A stretch of DNA of 64,000 nucleotides, from NCBI GenBank assembly GCA_963924565.1, contig OZ004608.1:11532001-11596000 (forward strand), written 5' to 3'. Below are positions 1 to 11,785 of the stretch, in pieces. The DNA comes from Ascidiella aspersa. Its lineage: Eukaryota. The stretch's first letter is position 1, and every line of letters begins with the position of its first letter. Made by a program: the position numbers and the translations under genes. The notes under the pieces are model-generated. The model was not told where the DNA came from and searched no databases. It saw only the letters and a list, made by a program, of their open reading frames with translations.

Positions 1-76
1 GTAAGCGTTTTTTAGGTGTTGATTTTTCAAGTCGTGATAAGCGTCTAAATCATTTTTTTACCACGGACGCCTAAAT

Positions 77-363
77 TTTTTTTGCTTCGCGTGGACCACG
101 GTAGGCAAGAAATTTTAAAAAATGACGTCATAAATTTACGTCACAATACAAATAGGCTTTCAGAAATATGCTGATGATTTAAGTTAAATTGAGTCTAAAT
201 ACGTTCAGTGCTAAAATGTTTTATTTTGAATTAAACTCTTTTTTTTGGAAAAAAATGATTTCTCTTAAATATACAGTAATATTTCAATTTTGGCCTTCAT
301 GGACCCCTCAAATTAGTTCACGGACCCCCAAGGGGTCCATGGACCCCAGTTTAAGAATCCCTG
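77..363. mobile_element. hAT-like MITE fragment (terminus ...TTTAAGAATCCCTG)
   Basis: Ends in the reverse complement of a CAGGGATTCTTAAAC-type terminus. 77-232 matches the reverse complement of ~1912-2075. Confidence 0.6.
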
Positions 364-832
364 GTCTAAATAAGTGGTTCTCGGACTGTGCGCTTCGAAA
401 GATTTCTAATTATGCCGCAGAACTCTTTGTAATTTTTGAAAATTACTTATTTGTATTACAAATAAGCATGACTGCAAAAATGTCTGCCACAGGTCCTTTA
501 TTTTTACCACAGTTTTAAGCTAAAATTATGACAAACACAACTCTAATGAATAACGGTGAGAATGGTGGGAAAAAAGTTGTGTGGCGTTTAGAATGCGAGC
601 CTTACAGTTGACTATTTATAAATGTGAGGAACTTCTATCGACAATCATTCGATAATAGTTTCTGACATTTTTTACAGCAATCCTCACATTTACTTATCAA
701 ACCCTATTGTTAACCCCAAATGGAAAGGCGCTAGTTTGTTCAAGTTCTTTATTTTCCCAATGCGAAAGCCCAGTGTCACATGTGTCCTAAGTCGACGAAA
801 ACGATAACGTTTTTTTTTCTATCTCGTTTAAG

Positions 833-3423
833 GCCTCAGTGTCAACGACGATCACGTGCACAAGTTCGAGAAGACGCGCCTCTCGGAGATCTGCGACTCG
901 TCGGTGAAGCTCTTTACTGATCAGTCGGTGCCCAAGTGCAAGAAGCTGCACAAGGAGTCGACCGTCTGGTTCAGGTGAGCTTAACGTTCGGGTCGGCTTG
1001 TGAAGCTTAGAATTCCTGCGGCGAAAACTGAACTCGCTTCAGGTCGACGTGGTTTTGTTTTGCTGGCGTTCTGATTGTAAGATGATTTTGCTCAGCTGAC
1101 CTTAAATCGACAATGAATATGATTGAAGATATATCCTGGTTATTTTAACATGTTGGATTGCTGGTAGAGCCAGTCGAGCAATTTAATGAGCTGTTCGCGA
1201 CCTCAATATGTATAATTTACAACGTTGAAGACCTGAGTAAAGTACACTCTGTAACGGATTAGTTACGGCCACTGTTCAATGAGGTATCATTTCAGTCAGA
1301 TTTGTTAAATAGCGTCAATAATTCTTTTTTAAGCTTTCTACGTGCCATTGTCTATCCGTAGCCGTCTGAACGTAATTTTAGATCCAGCACCGTGTAAATT
1401 CGCTTGACTCACTGTACAGATGTTTTGGCTCCACGATGTTGTTCAGCTTTCTAAGATTACCTTTCGTTTTCGTCCGAATTTCGTGCAATTATAACTTTTT
1501 TCCCCGGAGGCTTTTTTGCCACATAAAGACCTAATAACGTATCATTAATGAAAATTCGTTTTCCGGGCGTACATTTAAATTGCAAAAACGTGCGCAACGA
1601 CAAATAAAAATAAACCAAAAAAACAAAAAAAAACGATTCCGACCCGAGAAATCTATAGAGCAGTAGGCGTGAACCCTGATATGGGGCACCCAGCGTCTTA
1701 CATCAAGGGGACCATTTATTTGGAGTACAATTTATTATCAGACGAGCGTTTGTAATGCAGGCGTAAACTTGAGTAAAGTGAAGTGTATACCATGGAAATT
1801 AATTGACCAATTTTGTGCTTTGGCCAGCTCCTCTACTCCAAGTTATCGCACATTCCTATAAGCATCTCCCGTTTGTTTCTTGCGGCTACATGACCGCCTT
1901 CCAGCGCCAACTTTTATTAAAAATAAAACGGTTTTGCACCGAGTGTATAAGACCTTATTTCGCATTTACATTTTTGGACCGAAATCAGCAAATTTATGAA
2001 GTACAATTGTATTGTGACGTACATTTTTGACATCATTTTTTAATTTTTGTTTGCCTACCGCTAGCCAAAAAAATGTTTAGGGGCCTGTTGTAAAAAAGTT
2101 TGAGAATCCCTGTATGCATCTCTCTTTGTTTCTCGCAGCTACATGACCGACTTTCAGCGGCAACTTGGCGGCCTCGAGAAGAACATCCTTCGTCTGTGCG
2201 AGGAATGCACGCGACAGGAAGATGGCGTGCGGGAGCTGCAGCGCGTCTACAGGGAAAAGCTCTCGATCGTCGAGACCGTGCTCAAAGAGACGGCGGCCAG
2301 GTGAGATTCGCCAAAGAGTTGCCTTTCGCGTTTCGCCAAATGCCCTTTATCGCAGTGGTTCTTAACCGGGGTGCCATTTCTTATGCCCAAGGGTGCGGAG
2401 AGATATTTGAGAATCTTTAAAAATCTGATTTTTGCTTAACTCTTACAACTTTTTGTGTAAGATTAGAGTGAAATAAATCCAATTTAAACTTCATACGTTT
2501 TGCAGAGTGTGTCGTTTCAGTTCCGTTTATTGTGACATTCTAGTGAATTACCTACGGAAAATCTTGTAGGGGTGCCGCAATGTATTTATTATATATGTGG
2601 GGTACCGCAAGCCGTATAGGTTGAGAACCACTGCTGTATAGTTTCAAACGCTTTACTGAGCCGTGCACCAGGCGGCAATGTTAGACACGAGATTTTATAA
2701 GTCTTTCAAATTTGGAATTAGAGTGTGGCCCTGATGTTGCCTAATAGAGGACCTAAGTTTGACCCATGTTTTATCAACAAAGCATAAAAATTAGCATGGC
2801 TTTGTATTAATTTGGAAAACTCTTCGTGATATTTTTTTCCTTTTACCCATGGTAAAACGTTTAAGATTATAACTTGTCTATGCAATTTAAAAAAATATCG
2901 AATACATTTGATCATAATTAATATGCTGTTGCTGCCAGGCATTGTTTCAATTGTAAAATTATTTTTCCGGCAAAATTGTATTTGTTCTTCCCGCAAACAT
3001 ATAATCATATTTTAATTAAATATCGCAATACAACAAAAGTGCCGATTTGTCAAAGCTCTACGTTCAATATTAAACTTTCGATTCTTTTATCGACTTTTTC
3101 TTCCATCGATTCAAGTAACAGTATAATAATATAAAAAAAACAATCGTACTTTTTTTGCCCCCAGACCCTCAAACCCCTCCTCCCTCCCCGGCCCCAGCCC
3201 CTCCCTGCTCGAGCCACCCCTGAAAAGCGTGGTGGGGGCGGCGTCGTGGCCCAACTCGTCGGCGAGCGGCGGCGCCAAAACGGCCAACAAGGCCAACAGC
3301 CGGCAGCGTCAGTTTCGCGAGCTTCGACGAGGGCTGTTAGAAGCCAAAAGCAGCCTTAATGATGTCAAGTCGGAGGTCGAAAATGGATCCGAGATACTTA
3401 AAAGGTGGGTGCTGACGGTCTGA
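833..3423 (+). CDS. TBK1: TBK1/IKK-epsilon-like kinase, last three coding exons (5' part outside window)
   Basis: Phase-consistent GT-AG exons 833-974, 2139-2300, 3165-3423 give LSVNDDHVHKFEKTRLSEICDSSVKLFTDQSVPK...YMTDFQRQLGGLEK...ELRRGLLEAKSSLNDVKSEVENGSEILKRWVLTV*. This resembles the TBK1 scaffold/C-terminal coiled coil as I recall it (LAYNEEQIHKFDKQKL..FTDECVKK..KELAENNHILERF). AATAAA at ~3588. The kinase domain is not in the window. Confidence 0.75.
1912..2112. mobile_element. Truncated hAT-like MITE, inverted relative to the copy at 77-363
   Basis: Its reverse complement reads cggtaggcaaacaaaaattaaaaaatgatgtcaaaaatgtacgtcacaatacaa, versus cggtaggcaagaaattttaaaaaatgacgtcataaatttacgtcacaatacaa at ~99-151. 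Ends ...AAGTTTGAGAATCCCTG. Confidence 0.6.
2353..2633. mobile_element. hAT-Charlie-type MITE
   Basis: TIRs CAGTGGTTCTTAACC / GGTTGAGAACCACTG. Imperfect 8-bp TSD ctttatcg / ctgtatag. Confidence 0.7.
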
Positions 3424-4299
3424 TGCGTTTTAATTGATTCCAGCTTGACGCCTTTGCAGCAACGATGTGGGGTTGGTAAAGCTGTTGCTGCTTCGCCTTG
3501 CCGTCTAGCAAACTTTTGGTTTAATTTTATCACGCTTTTAATGCAATGGTACACAGTTGTAATACATTACTTCTGTTTTTAACAAAGAATAAACTGTAAA
3601 CATTTATATTTTTGGTTGTTAATAGAGAGACCCAAATTTAGCATCACTGCTTCAAATTCCGTATAGCTTACTTTCCGACAAGCGCTTATGCGATATTTTA
3701 GTGTAATAATATTAGGTCTCGTTTTCGAAGGTGTTGTACAAACCTGTGTTTTAATATAAATTCAGTTAAACTTAAATTGTATTTTATCGAATATTTGATA
3801 CTTTAAAATGTAATGGTAATTAAACCTATAAAAAAGTCTTAATCGTTTTATGATGCAATGCATTTATAATCTGTTTTATATAGCCCAAATCTGTCAAATT
3901 TGTTTTTGTTTGTAATATTTTTTCTTTGATAACTGCTGAGGCACAAAACTATTTTCTTGTCATGACGCCATTTGGAATTTATATAGTCCATAAACTTAAT
4001 CTTAAATGTTTTATCTGCTAAAAAGTTTTGCATAAAAAAGCAATAAAGGGATAAACCATTTGCAAAATCTCTATATCGTGCTCGGTCCTAACTGCTCAGA
4101 AAAACTAACATACCACAAGCTCATTTCTACCGAAAAACAAACTTTCCCAGATAAAATAACGGAATCTTCCCTTTCGCGTTATATCATGTACGAATTTCCC
4201 ACTTATTCTTGTCCATGGTAAATAAAAATTTTCCTCCAAGACCGTTTTTCGCTAGTTAACGCCTTTTGTTAAATAAAGTGTTGCCAACTATGGTGGTGC

Positions 4300-5708
4300 T
4301 TACGTGACCTCGTTTACCAGTAACATGCTCTGTTGTTTATCCTTATACGGGGTACCGAAACTCCATTTTAGGTATTAGCGTCGTTAAAGAATTTTCCTGA
4401 CCGCTTATACCTGCTGCGAATGACCTCGCTGCAAGGGAAAACAACCTAATTATTTCGGCAACGGAAAATAACCTATTTATTATGGAAAATTGCGTTCCGC
4501 TTTAATGCACGAAACCGAAATGTAGGCCACGCAGCGAGAAGTGCATTTGACCCAAGACCGCCTTTTTCTTAAACGAAGGCGCGCGGGGCTGTCCCGTCGG
4601 TGTTTCCCCTCATTTACGTACAAAATGTGCTTGCCGAACCTTGCGGGCTTTCCGGGTCTAGTTTCGCAGGTAATTGTTGTTTACCGTCCTATCAGGCCTA
4701 TTGACTTCGGAAGGCCTACTCTGGTGGCGTGGTTTGGGAGTTTTTTCGAAACTGTATCCAAAAATGGCAGAGGAACGTCTGTTGTTTTTGTCCGAGTTCG
4801 CTTTATAATAGTCCATTGCTGTTGGGCAACCATTGACTTTACTTACGTGATTAACAAATTTAAACAAGCATCTATTTTGAATTTTATACTCTTACTTATG
4901 CTTGCTGGTCCTTTTTCATATAATCAAGTCGTTATTGCAAGGTAATGTGATTTATACAAATGAAACATCTTGGTTGAATTTCCATTCGCTTGTTGCAGAA
5001 GTAGGTATTGTAATCAGCATTGAAAAGAAACAGTTAATATTTTACCAATGCTTTTTATATGTTCTGGTCAAAATCGAATTCACTGCAGTTTATTCCAAGT
5101 TACCTTTGAAACCAGAAATGTTCTGATTGGAGGACCAAATAACCTTCATCATATTTTTTCAGCCATCATGTTGTTGGTAGGGTTTCGAAAAACTTCGATC
5201 ATATATAGATTCTAACATTAATATTGATTTCTTTATAAATTTCAAAAATTGAACTAACAATTTGCGACAGTTATTTTTGTAAATGAAACATTCTGTCTTT
5301 TATTTGGCTACCAATTGCTATAATTAAGTTTATCGTGTTATCGTATGGTTAAAACAGTCCTCGTACTACTCAGCACTTCATTCCACTATGTATTCTATTT
5401 TTACGTCATCAACCCGCTGCTTTTTAACGTAATTTGTGAAGTTCAAATGACAATGTAAATTAAAAACTTGGTCAAGTTTGATTGACGCGCTTTCTTTCTT
5501 TAGGCTCGGCTCCCTCACACTTCATTCGCACACAAACGGCTCCATGGCGCCGCCAACGACGGTCGACGAATCGCATACGAAGCGGTAGATGGCGACAAAG
5601 ACACGTTCTGACATCTCCATCGCAATGATTTAGCGATGTAGATGCGAGTGATTCAAGCAATTGTGTTTTTATATGTTGGGCCTGATTGTCGGGGCCGTCA
5701 TGATAAAG
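4300..5708 (+). promoter_or_regulatory. Probable KCMF1 promoter and non-coding 5' exons
   Basis: CpG-rich stretch after the TBK1 polyA signal. Donor CAG|GTAATT at 4669/4670. Acceptor ctttctttctttag at 5503 and donor AAG|GTTTCA at 5708. YY1-like ATGGCG cores at 5544 and 5589; CRE-like TTACGTCA at 5401. Confidence 0.4.
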
Positions 5709-7503
5709 GTTTCACTTCTAATAAAGCGTATTTTCCCATTTATCTATTTTTAATGCTTATCGATTAATTTTTTACGTTTTCCCTGCTGTTAAATTCTCTA
5801 TCGCTTGTTAATTTTATTTTTTTTCGTGGTATATAGCTAGCGCAGAACGTTTACATTTTTTACTTTAATACCCTTGAACTTTTGCTCGTGGTCGCGTATT
5901 TAAGTTTCTGCTCTTTTCAACATCGGCTTGCGTCGAACAGCTTTTGTTTCGCGCACGTAACAACTTAGCAAAAGAGCGCAATTTCCACTCATTGGTTTCC
6001 CGTTTCTTTTTTAGCGTGCCTTTTTGTTTTTTGTGCAATTTTTTTTTGACACCTTGGTATGATGTGAAAGGTCGCAAAAAAATAAGCGAGCATAACAACT
6101 GATTTCTTATGTTGTCGGGGAAAGAACGTTAAGCAGGAAAAGACAGCTCAGGCCTAGTTTGTGTGTTTAAAATTGAATTATGTGCAGCATACAACTGCCT
6201 GGGGTTTGATCTGACTTGTTTGTGAAGCGTGAAATTTGATGTTTGGAGTTCTAAGTTCTAGGAATCACTTCACTCTAAAACAGAATTGGCAAAACCGGGG
6301 CTCACGTGTCTCATATAGCCAGGGTTGCCATACCGTGCTTTTTTTTAAAGATTTGTGCTTATTTTTGGGTGCAGTGTCTTAGAACACACTAACGTGCTTA
6401 TTTGTCTTATTTTAGTTCAAGTGTTTTTTCTCAAATCTTTCACTTTAACCAAAGAGTTTTAAATAACTTTTTTTTTTATTTTCAAAACTCTTTGCTTTGA
6501 CCGAGGACTGTGAGACTTCATTTATTTATTTGACCCAGATTATAACAACAATGAATTATATTACCTAATAACAATGCATTGTGATCACACTTAAATAATC
6601 TCCAGAGGCATATTATTGTACCGCTGCACACTGTTCGAGAATCACTGGCCTAGGCTAGGGGTCACCAAATTAAGATCCGGGTTAAGTACTGTTGAAATGT
6701 TGTCGTATGCGATTTAGAACTAAGATTTGATAACATTTTAAACTGCACGGCAATAGTTTTTATTCCATAGTTTCTTATATTTTTGGTTTACTGAAATTTA
6801 GTAACCAACTTAAGTAGCCTATGTTCGACAAAAATTGTGATACCGGTACTTGGTCCCCGATGGTTAGCACTAACAATTATTTGTCCCCTTATGAAAAAAG
6901 TTTAGTGCCACTGGCCTAAGGCGTCACGGCTCCTCTTAAATATATGGTTTTGCTAATTTCAACCAAACAAACGCGATTAAGCTACGCTTTACGCATACAA
7001 ACATAGGTGTTTTTTAAGTTTTTATTATATTTTATGACGTTATTCCTGAAAGCTTGGATTTCACCCAAGGAATTCTGGATTTTCCCCTGGTCTTTCGTAG
7101 CGTGCTTATTTTTTGGTCTGAGCAAATGGTAACCCTGCATATAGCTCTTTAACCGGTTTTAATGTCACTCTTACGTTCAGACTGCGTTTAGGTCTTTTAA
7201 GATGTCCAGTTCCAATTCTCACGTGATAAATTTCTTCCAAGTAGGCCCTATGTCTTTTTTGGACCTCTTTTAAGAAATTTTGTAACCATAAACACATCGT
7301 ACGTCTCATGACAGTTTGCCAATACCTAACGGGGAGAATGCTTTTTGTCCCCTGAATCTAATTATGCTTGATTTACATTGCATATTTGCACATTGCACAC
7401 GAAATTTATTTTATGCCAAGTCGTAAAAAACAAAAGTTTCGCCTAAATGTGTAAATAAAAATCGCCAAATTTAGACTACGAAATGTTGTTAGTGTGCAAC
7501 ATC

Positions 7504-7572
7504 TATAACAAATCGAACTGATCATAGTATAACAAATCGAACTGATCATATATAACAAATCGAACTGATCAT
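7504..7572. repeat. Three tandem copies of a ~23-24 bp unit (TATAACAAATCGAACTGATCAT)
   Basis: Directly visible tandem triplication with no spacers. Confidence 0.9.
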
Positions 7573-8878
7573 TGGAATGTAAGTGAGGAAGAAACAGCTG
7601 ATATTTATTTTTTATGCATGTGCAAGTGTGTGGCTCTTTGCAATTAAACAAGTACGAAATGTGGCTCCTGGTCTCTGACTGGTTGTCACACCTGTCCTGA
7701 AAAGAGCATGCGAATGCTTTACACGACGGATTTATTCAGTAACACTTTAATGCTGTCAGAGTTTGGAACGAAACCGAATATTTTAAGGAACCTGGACCTT
7801 AACCAAGCCTGACCCTTTAAAAAAGAGGGTTCACTCCAGCATGACGTCACCACTTTTATTTTACAGATTCAAGTTATGCCACGTTTGAAATATTTGTGTC
7901 AAAAAGAATATGCATTGAATAAAACGTTGCTTTAAATACCAATTATGGCTGCTTGTTTTTTAATACACTAGGAAACTTAGATTAAATACGAGTTGCAGTT
8001 CAATAACTGCTCTCTACAATTATTGACCCACATTTTTGGATTTAAGGGAACTCATGTCGTAACCGACAAGGAACTTTATAAACTGTTTTGAAAATAAATT
8101 CAGTAGAACCGAAACTTTTAAATTGCTCCAAACCGAAACGGGAACATAACTGAAATCCGAAAAAATCCTTGAGCCCAGACTAAACCTCAAACGGTTCGAT
8201 TCCCTGGTTGATTTACATGATAAATCGCTGGGCTGAATTTGACCAGTGGAGATATTCTCCCTGGAGAAGGAATGACATCTATCGTAATGCGGACACAAAA
8301 TATCCAGACATACACAATTTTAACATGTATTATTGACAAAAATCATTAGTTTTTTATTCTCATTATTATTATATATATATCACAATATATGCTTTTTTAT
8401 GTTTATTTGCTTATAACTTGCATTTAACTGAAGTTTTTTGGTTAATAATATTTTGAATCTGTACCATGTTGCTACGGATTTACTTTAAATTTAGCTGTCA
8501 TCCGATGTATTCATCTATTTCTTGTTGATGATGAAAGCGACTTAAATTGTTTTACGTTTTTCGCTTATTATTTTTTATGGCCATATTATTTCCGTAAAAT
8601 TTGGGATGTTGCAAGTAGAAAACCTTTAAAATTACCGTTGTGTTTTTTTCTTTGTCTGTGTTTGTTGCCATAAATAGTTAAATATATTGTTTTTTAATTT
8701 GTTTTTGTTCCTGTTTATTTAAATGCAAACTTGTTGCAGTCAATCAAGTGTTTTATTAACTTAAAAGCACAACAAACCTTACGTAAAGTGTGTTATTTTA
8801 ATATTAGTTAAAGTAAAGGATTTTCACTGTTTGATAACAATTTATAAAAGGTCAAACTGCTTTGATATATGTTTTGTA

Positions 8879-9146
8879 GGCGCTCTTTCACTATTGTACG
8901 TAAAAAAATTATGCAAAAATAAAATAATAATAATACCGCATACCACAACGGATATTGTTTGGGCTAGGGTGCGGGTTAGCGTTTGGGTGAGGGTGGGTCA
9001 AGTAATGTTATGTTTATTATTAATAATAACTTGACCCACCCTCAACCAAACGCTAACCCTAACCCAAACAATATGTGTTGTGGTATGCGGTATTTAAAGA
9101 AAATTTTTTTTTTATTAATTTTTACGTACAATAGTGAAAGAGCGCC
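8879..9146. mobile_element. Fully palindromic foldback MITE with GG..CC ends and internal TAACCC-like repeats
   Basis: GGCGCTCTTTCACTATTGTACGTAAAAA...TTTTTACGTACAATAGTGAAAGAGCGCC. Arms ~125 bp. Exact 8-bp TSD GTTTTGTA (8871-8878, 9147-9154). Confidence 0.9.
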
Positions 9147-11785
9147 GTTTTGTACAACAAACCTAGTTTTATTAAAAATGTTTCTAGCTGTATACATGTT
9201 TATATTGCACTTTTTGTTTTAGAAACAGCCACTTCACCTGCTGATGCGCATTATTTTCAACACTATAAGTTATTTCAACATTTTTTTTAAATTCATATAA
9301 CCCACAATCTGGAAAGATTGTCCACACAGGATGCCTCTGTGCCAGATTGGAAACTTTGGATTTTGCGTGGGGGAGACGATTTTGCAGCTTAAAATTGCGC
9401 GGCTGTAATAACATTTCTGCCCAAATTTGCGCAGCTGTAATAAAGTTATTTGTAAAATTTGCACGGCTAAAAATGCAGTACTATGACTGAAAACCGTTTA
9501 AGCCATTTTTCGCGGCTGACCGCATTTTACGTTGGTTTTACATGAAATGCGCGGCAATGACCGTGGCTGAGCGGTAAACTGCGCGGGGGATTTATCAAGC
9601 CTTACTTTCCAACCTGGCCACTGTGTAAATTAAACCAGTTGCAACTGCACCTTTTTTTCGAAAGACCTAACCTGCACCCTAAAAACCAAATGCACACTAT
9701 TATTTCTATATGTTTTGCAACCATTTTCTATATGTTCTGTTACCCCAATTTTATCAACCTCTCACATACAAGGTGTCATCGATTGGAAAGTTTGTCCAGT
9801 ATTTGTGCTATTAGCTACGAATTAACATTTAGTGGAAAATTGAAATGAAATCTGCCCGTCTGGAAAGTATGGCAGATCTCGCAGGGGCACATTTAAAAAA
9901 TTTGTGTGACCATGTCCAACATAGGTCAAAAGTGCATCCCGCCATTATGACATTGAAAAAACCAGGGCATATTCATTTTCTAGGGCTGCAGGTCTAGTCT
10001 GTTCAAAAAAATTCAGGTGTACTTGTCATACTTTCCATAGTGGGAAATCAGTTTAGCCACACAAAACTACCCTGTGTACGTGAAAGCAATTTGTGGACAC
10101 ACCTAAAATGAAAAAAAAAGCTAAATGTTGGTGAGATTTCCAATGTAAGGTGTGCGAAAAAAAGAAATGATTGCACAGCTCGAAATTTGTTTTAGTACAC
10201 CTGAGATCTCGGCGTGAAGAAATGCAGACTGGCCTGAGCTTTAAGTTTTAGGTAGGAATTTATTACAGAGCTGAAATCTAATTTATATAAGCGCAAATTT
10301 AGCAGTAACTGTATTACTGCCAAGCAATTTTAGGTGGCCTAAATACATTCCAACTCAATGTCCAACTTTTAATCTGGGTTGTGGGTGCTATGATAAAAAT
10401 GGCTGTAAATACCAAGAATAAAATTCTACCTCATTTTTGACATATTTTTTTTAATACAATTTTATGGAATTAAATGTTTTTAAGGTGTTTTAGTTATGCA
10501 AAATAAGTTCATCACACACAAACTATCATTGTTCCATGCTTTTAGCTGTGACCAAGACTATTTATATGTAAAATGAAACATTTTTAATAGAAAATAATTT
10601 TTACAGATTTATTGTACACACTTTCAATTCTTTTTTTTTTCAAATCACAATTTCACAAACATTCCTTTTGCAGTACACTTAACAAAAGTAAACATCCATT
10701 TTTTTTTCGGCTGTATGTGTATTTCTGCTAATGTCAATGCCAAATAAAATACCTTGCTTTATTAGTATAATTTTATAGAACAGTTTGTGTGAAACATTAA
10801 TTTATACTGTTTTTGCTATTAAAGCTATAAAGTGTTGACTTTGGTTTACTTTTGCTGCTATTGTAAATACTTTTATTGATCCGAAATCCCCAAGTAAATA
10901 CTCTATTTTAATGTAGTACGCAGTTCATGTAAAGAATTGAGAAGATAACTACTAACGTAGATTTGTTTGTTCAGACTCACTGTGGTGTTAAAATATATTT
11001 GGTTCGCGCAGACTTAGATTTTTGGAGATTGCGTAAGAAGTGGTGTCGTAAGCAAGTAGAAACTTGTTTTTATTTCAACAAGTGTGAGACTGAAATAAAG
11101 TCTGAATACATTTAAGTAGAATTCTTTCAATTAGACTCTTTTAAAAATGGTCATCCATTTTATAAAGTATGCACCTATATTGATTAGACCAATATGGACC
11201 CCCTTTAGATAGTCCATGAACGCAGGGGCTCCAGTTTAAGACCCCTTGATCTGCATTATATTATTGAAGAAATGTATGTGGTAAATCAGGTCAACTTGTG
11301 GCAATAAATAATGACTTTTCTTTTTAGTATCTACATTGGTTCTGTGTAAACCATAAATAAAACTAATTGTCATATCACATTGGCTAAGTTTTGCCCATTA
11401 ACGTAGGATGTTAGATCAGTCGTTCCCTAGTCTATTTGGTTTCTCTCCTGCTAGAAAGATTTGTAGTGTCACCCTTACTGGCATTTTTTCCAATTGGTTT
11501 CCGGAAGTTTAATTGAAGCACACAATGAGCATGCACAATGCAGGAAAATATTTCATGGGTTATTGCACTCGATTGGAACACAAACATTGACTAAAAAAAG
11601 TAAAAACGTTAGGTTGGACTTATGTGTTAAAAATTTAATGTTCCTTTTTTCAGATTGTTTGTTTATGTATATAAATTAGTGCTGGTGAGATATCAGTGAT
11701 ACAATTTGTTCAACCATTAAAGTCTGCTAAAATTATATCACAATACGTCTTTTAATCAATGTCAGAAAGTCAGCTAATCAATGAC

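Noticed and set aside
4541-4945. 134-aa ORF
   Set aside because: Non-ATG start, no recognisable domain, overlaps the probable KCMF1 promoter/leader.
7504-7572. Short direct repeats resembling a CRISPR array
   Set aside because: No spacers, only three adjacent copies, eukaryotic context, no cas genes.
7106-8298. Short ORFs possibly from decayed transposase or LINE sequence
   Set aside because: No diagnostic motif or termini that I can support without a search.
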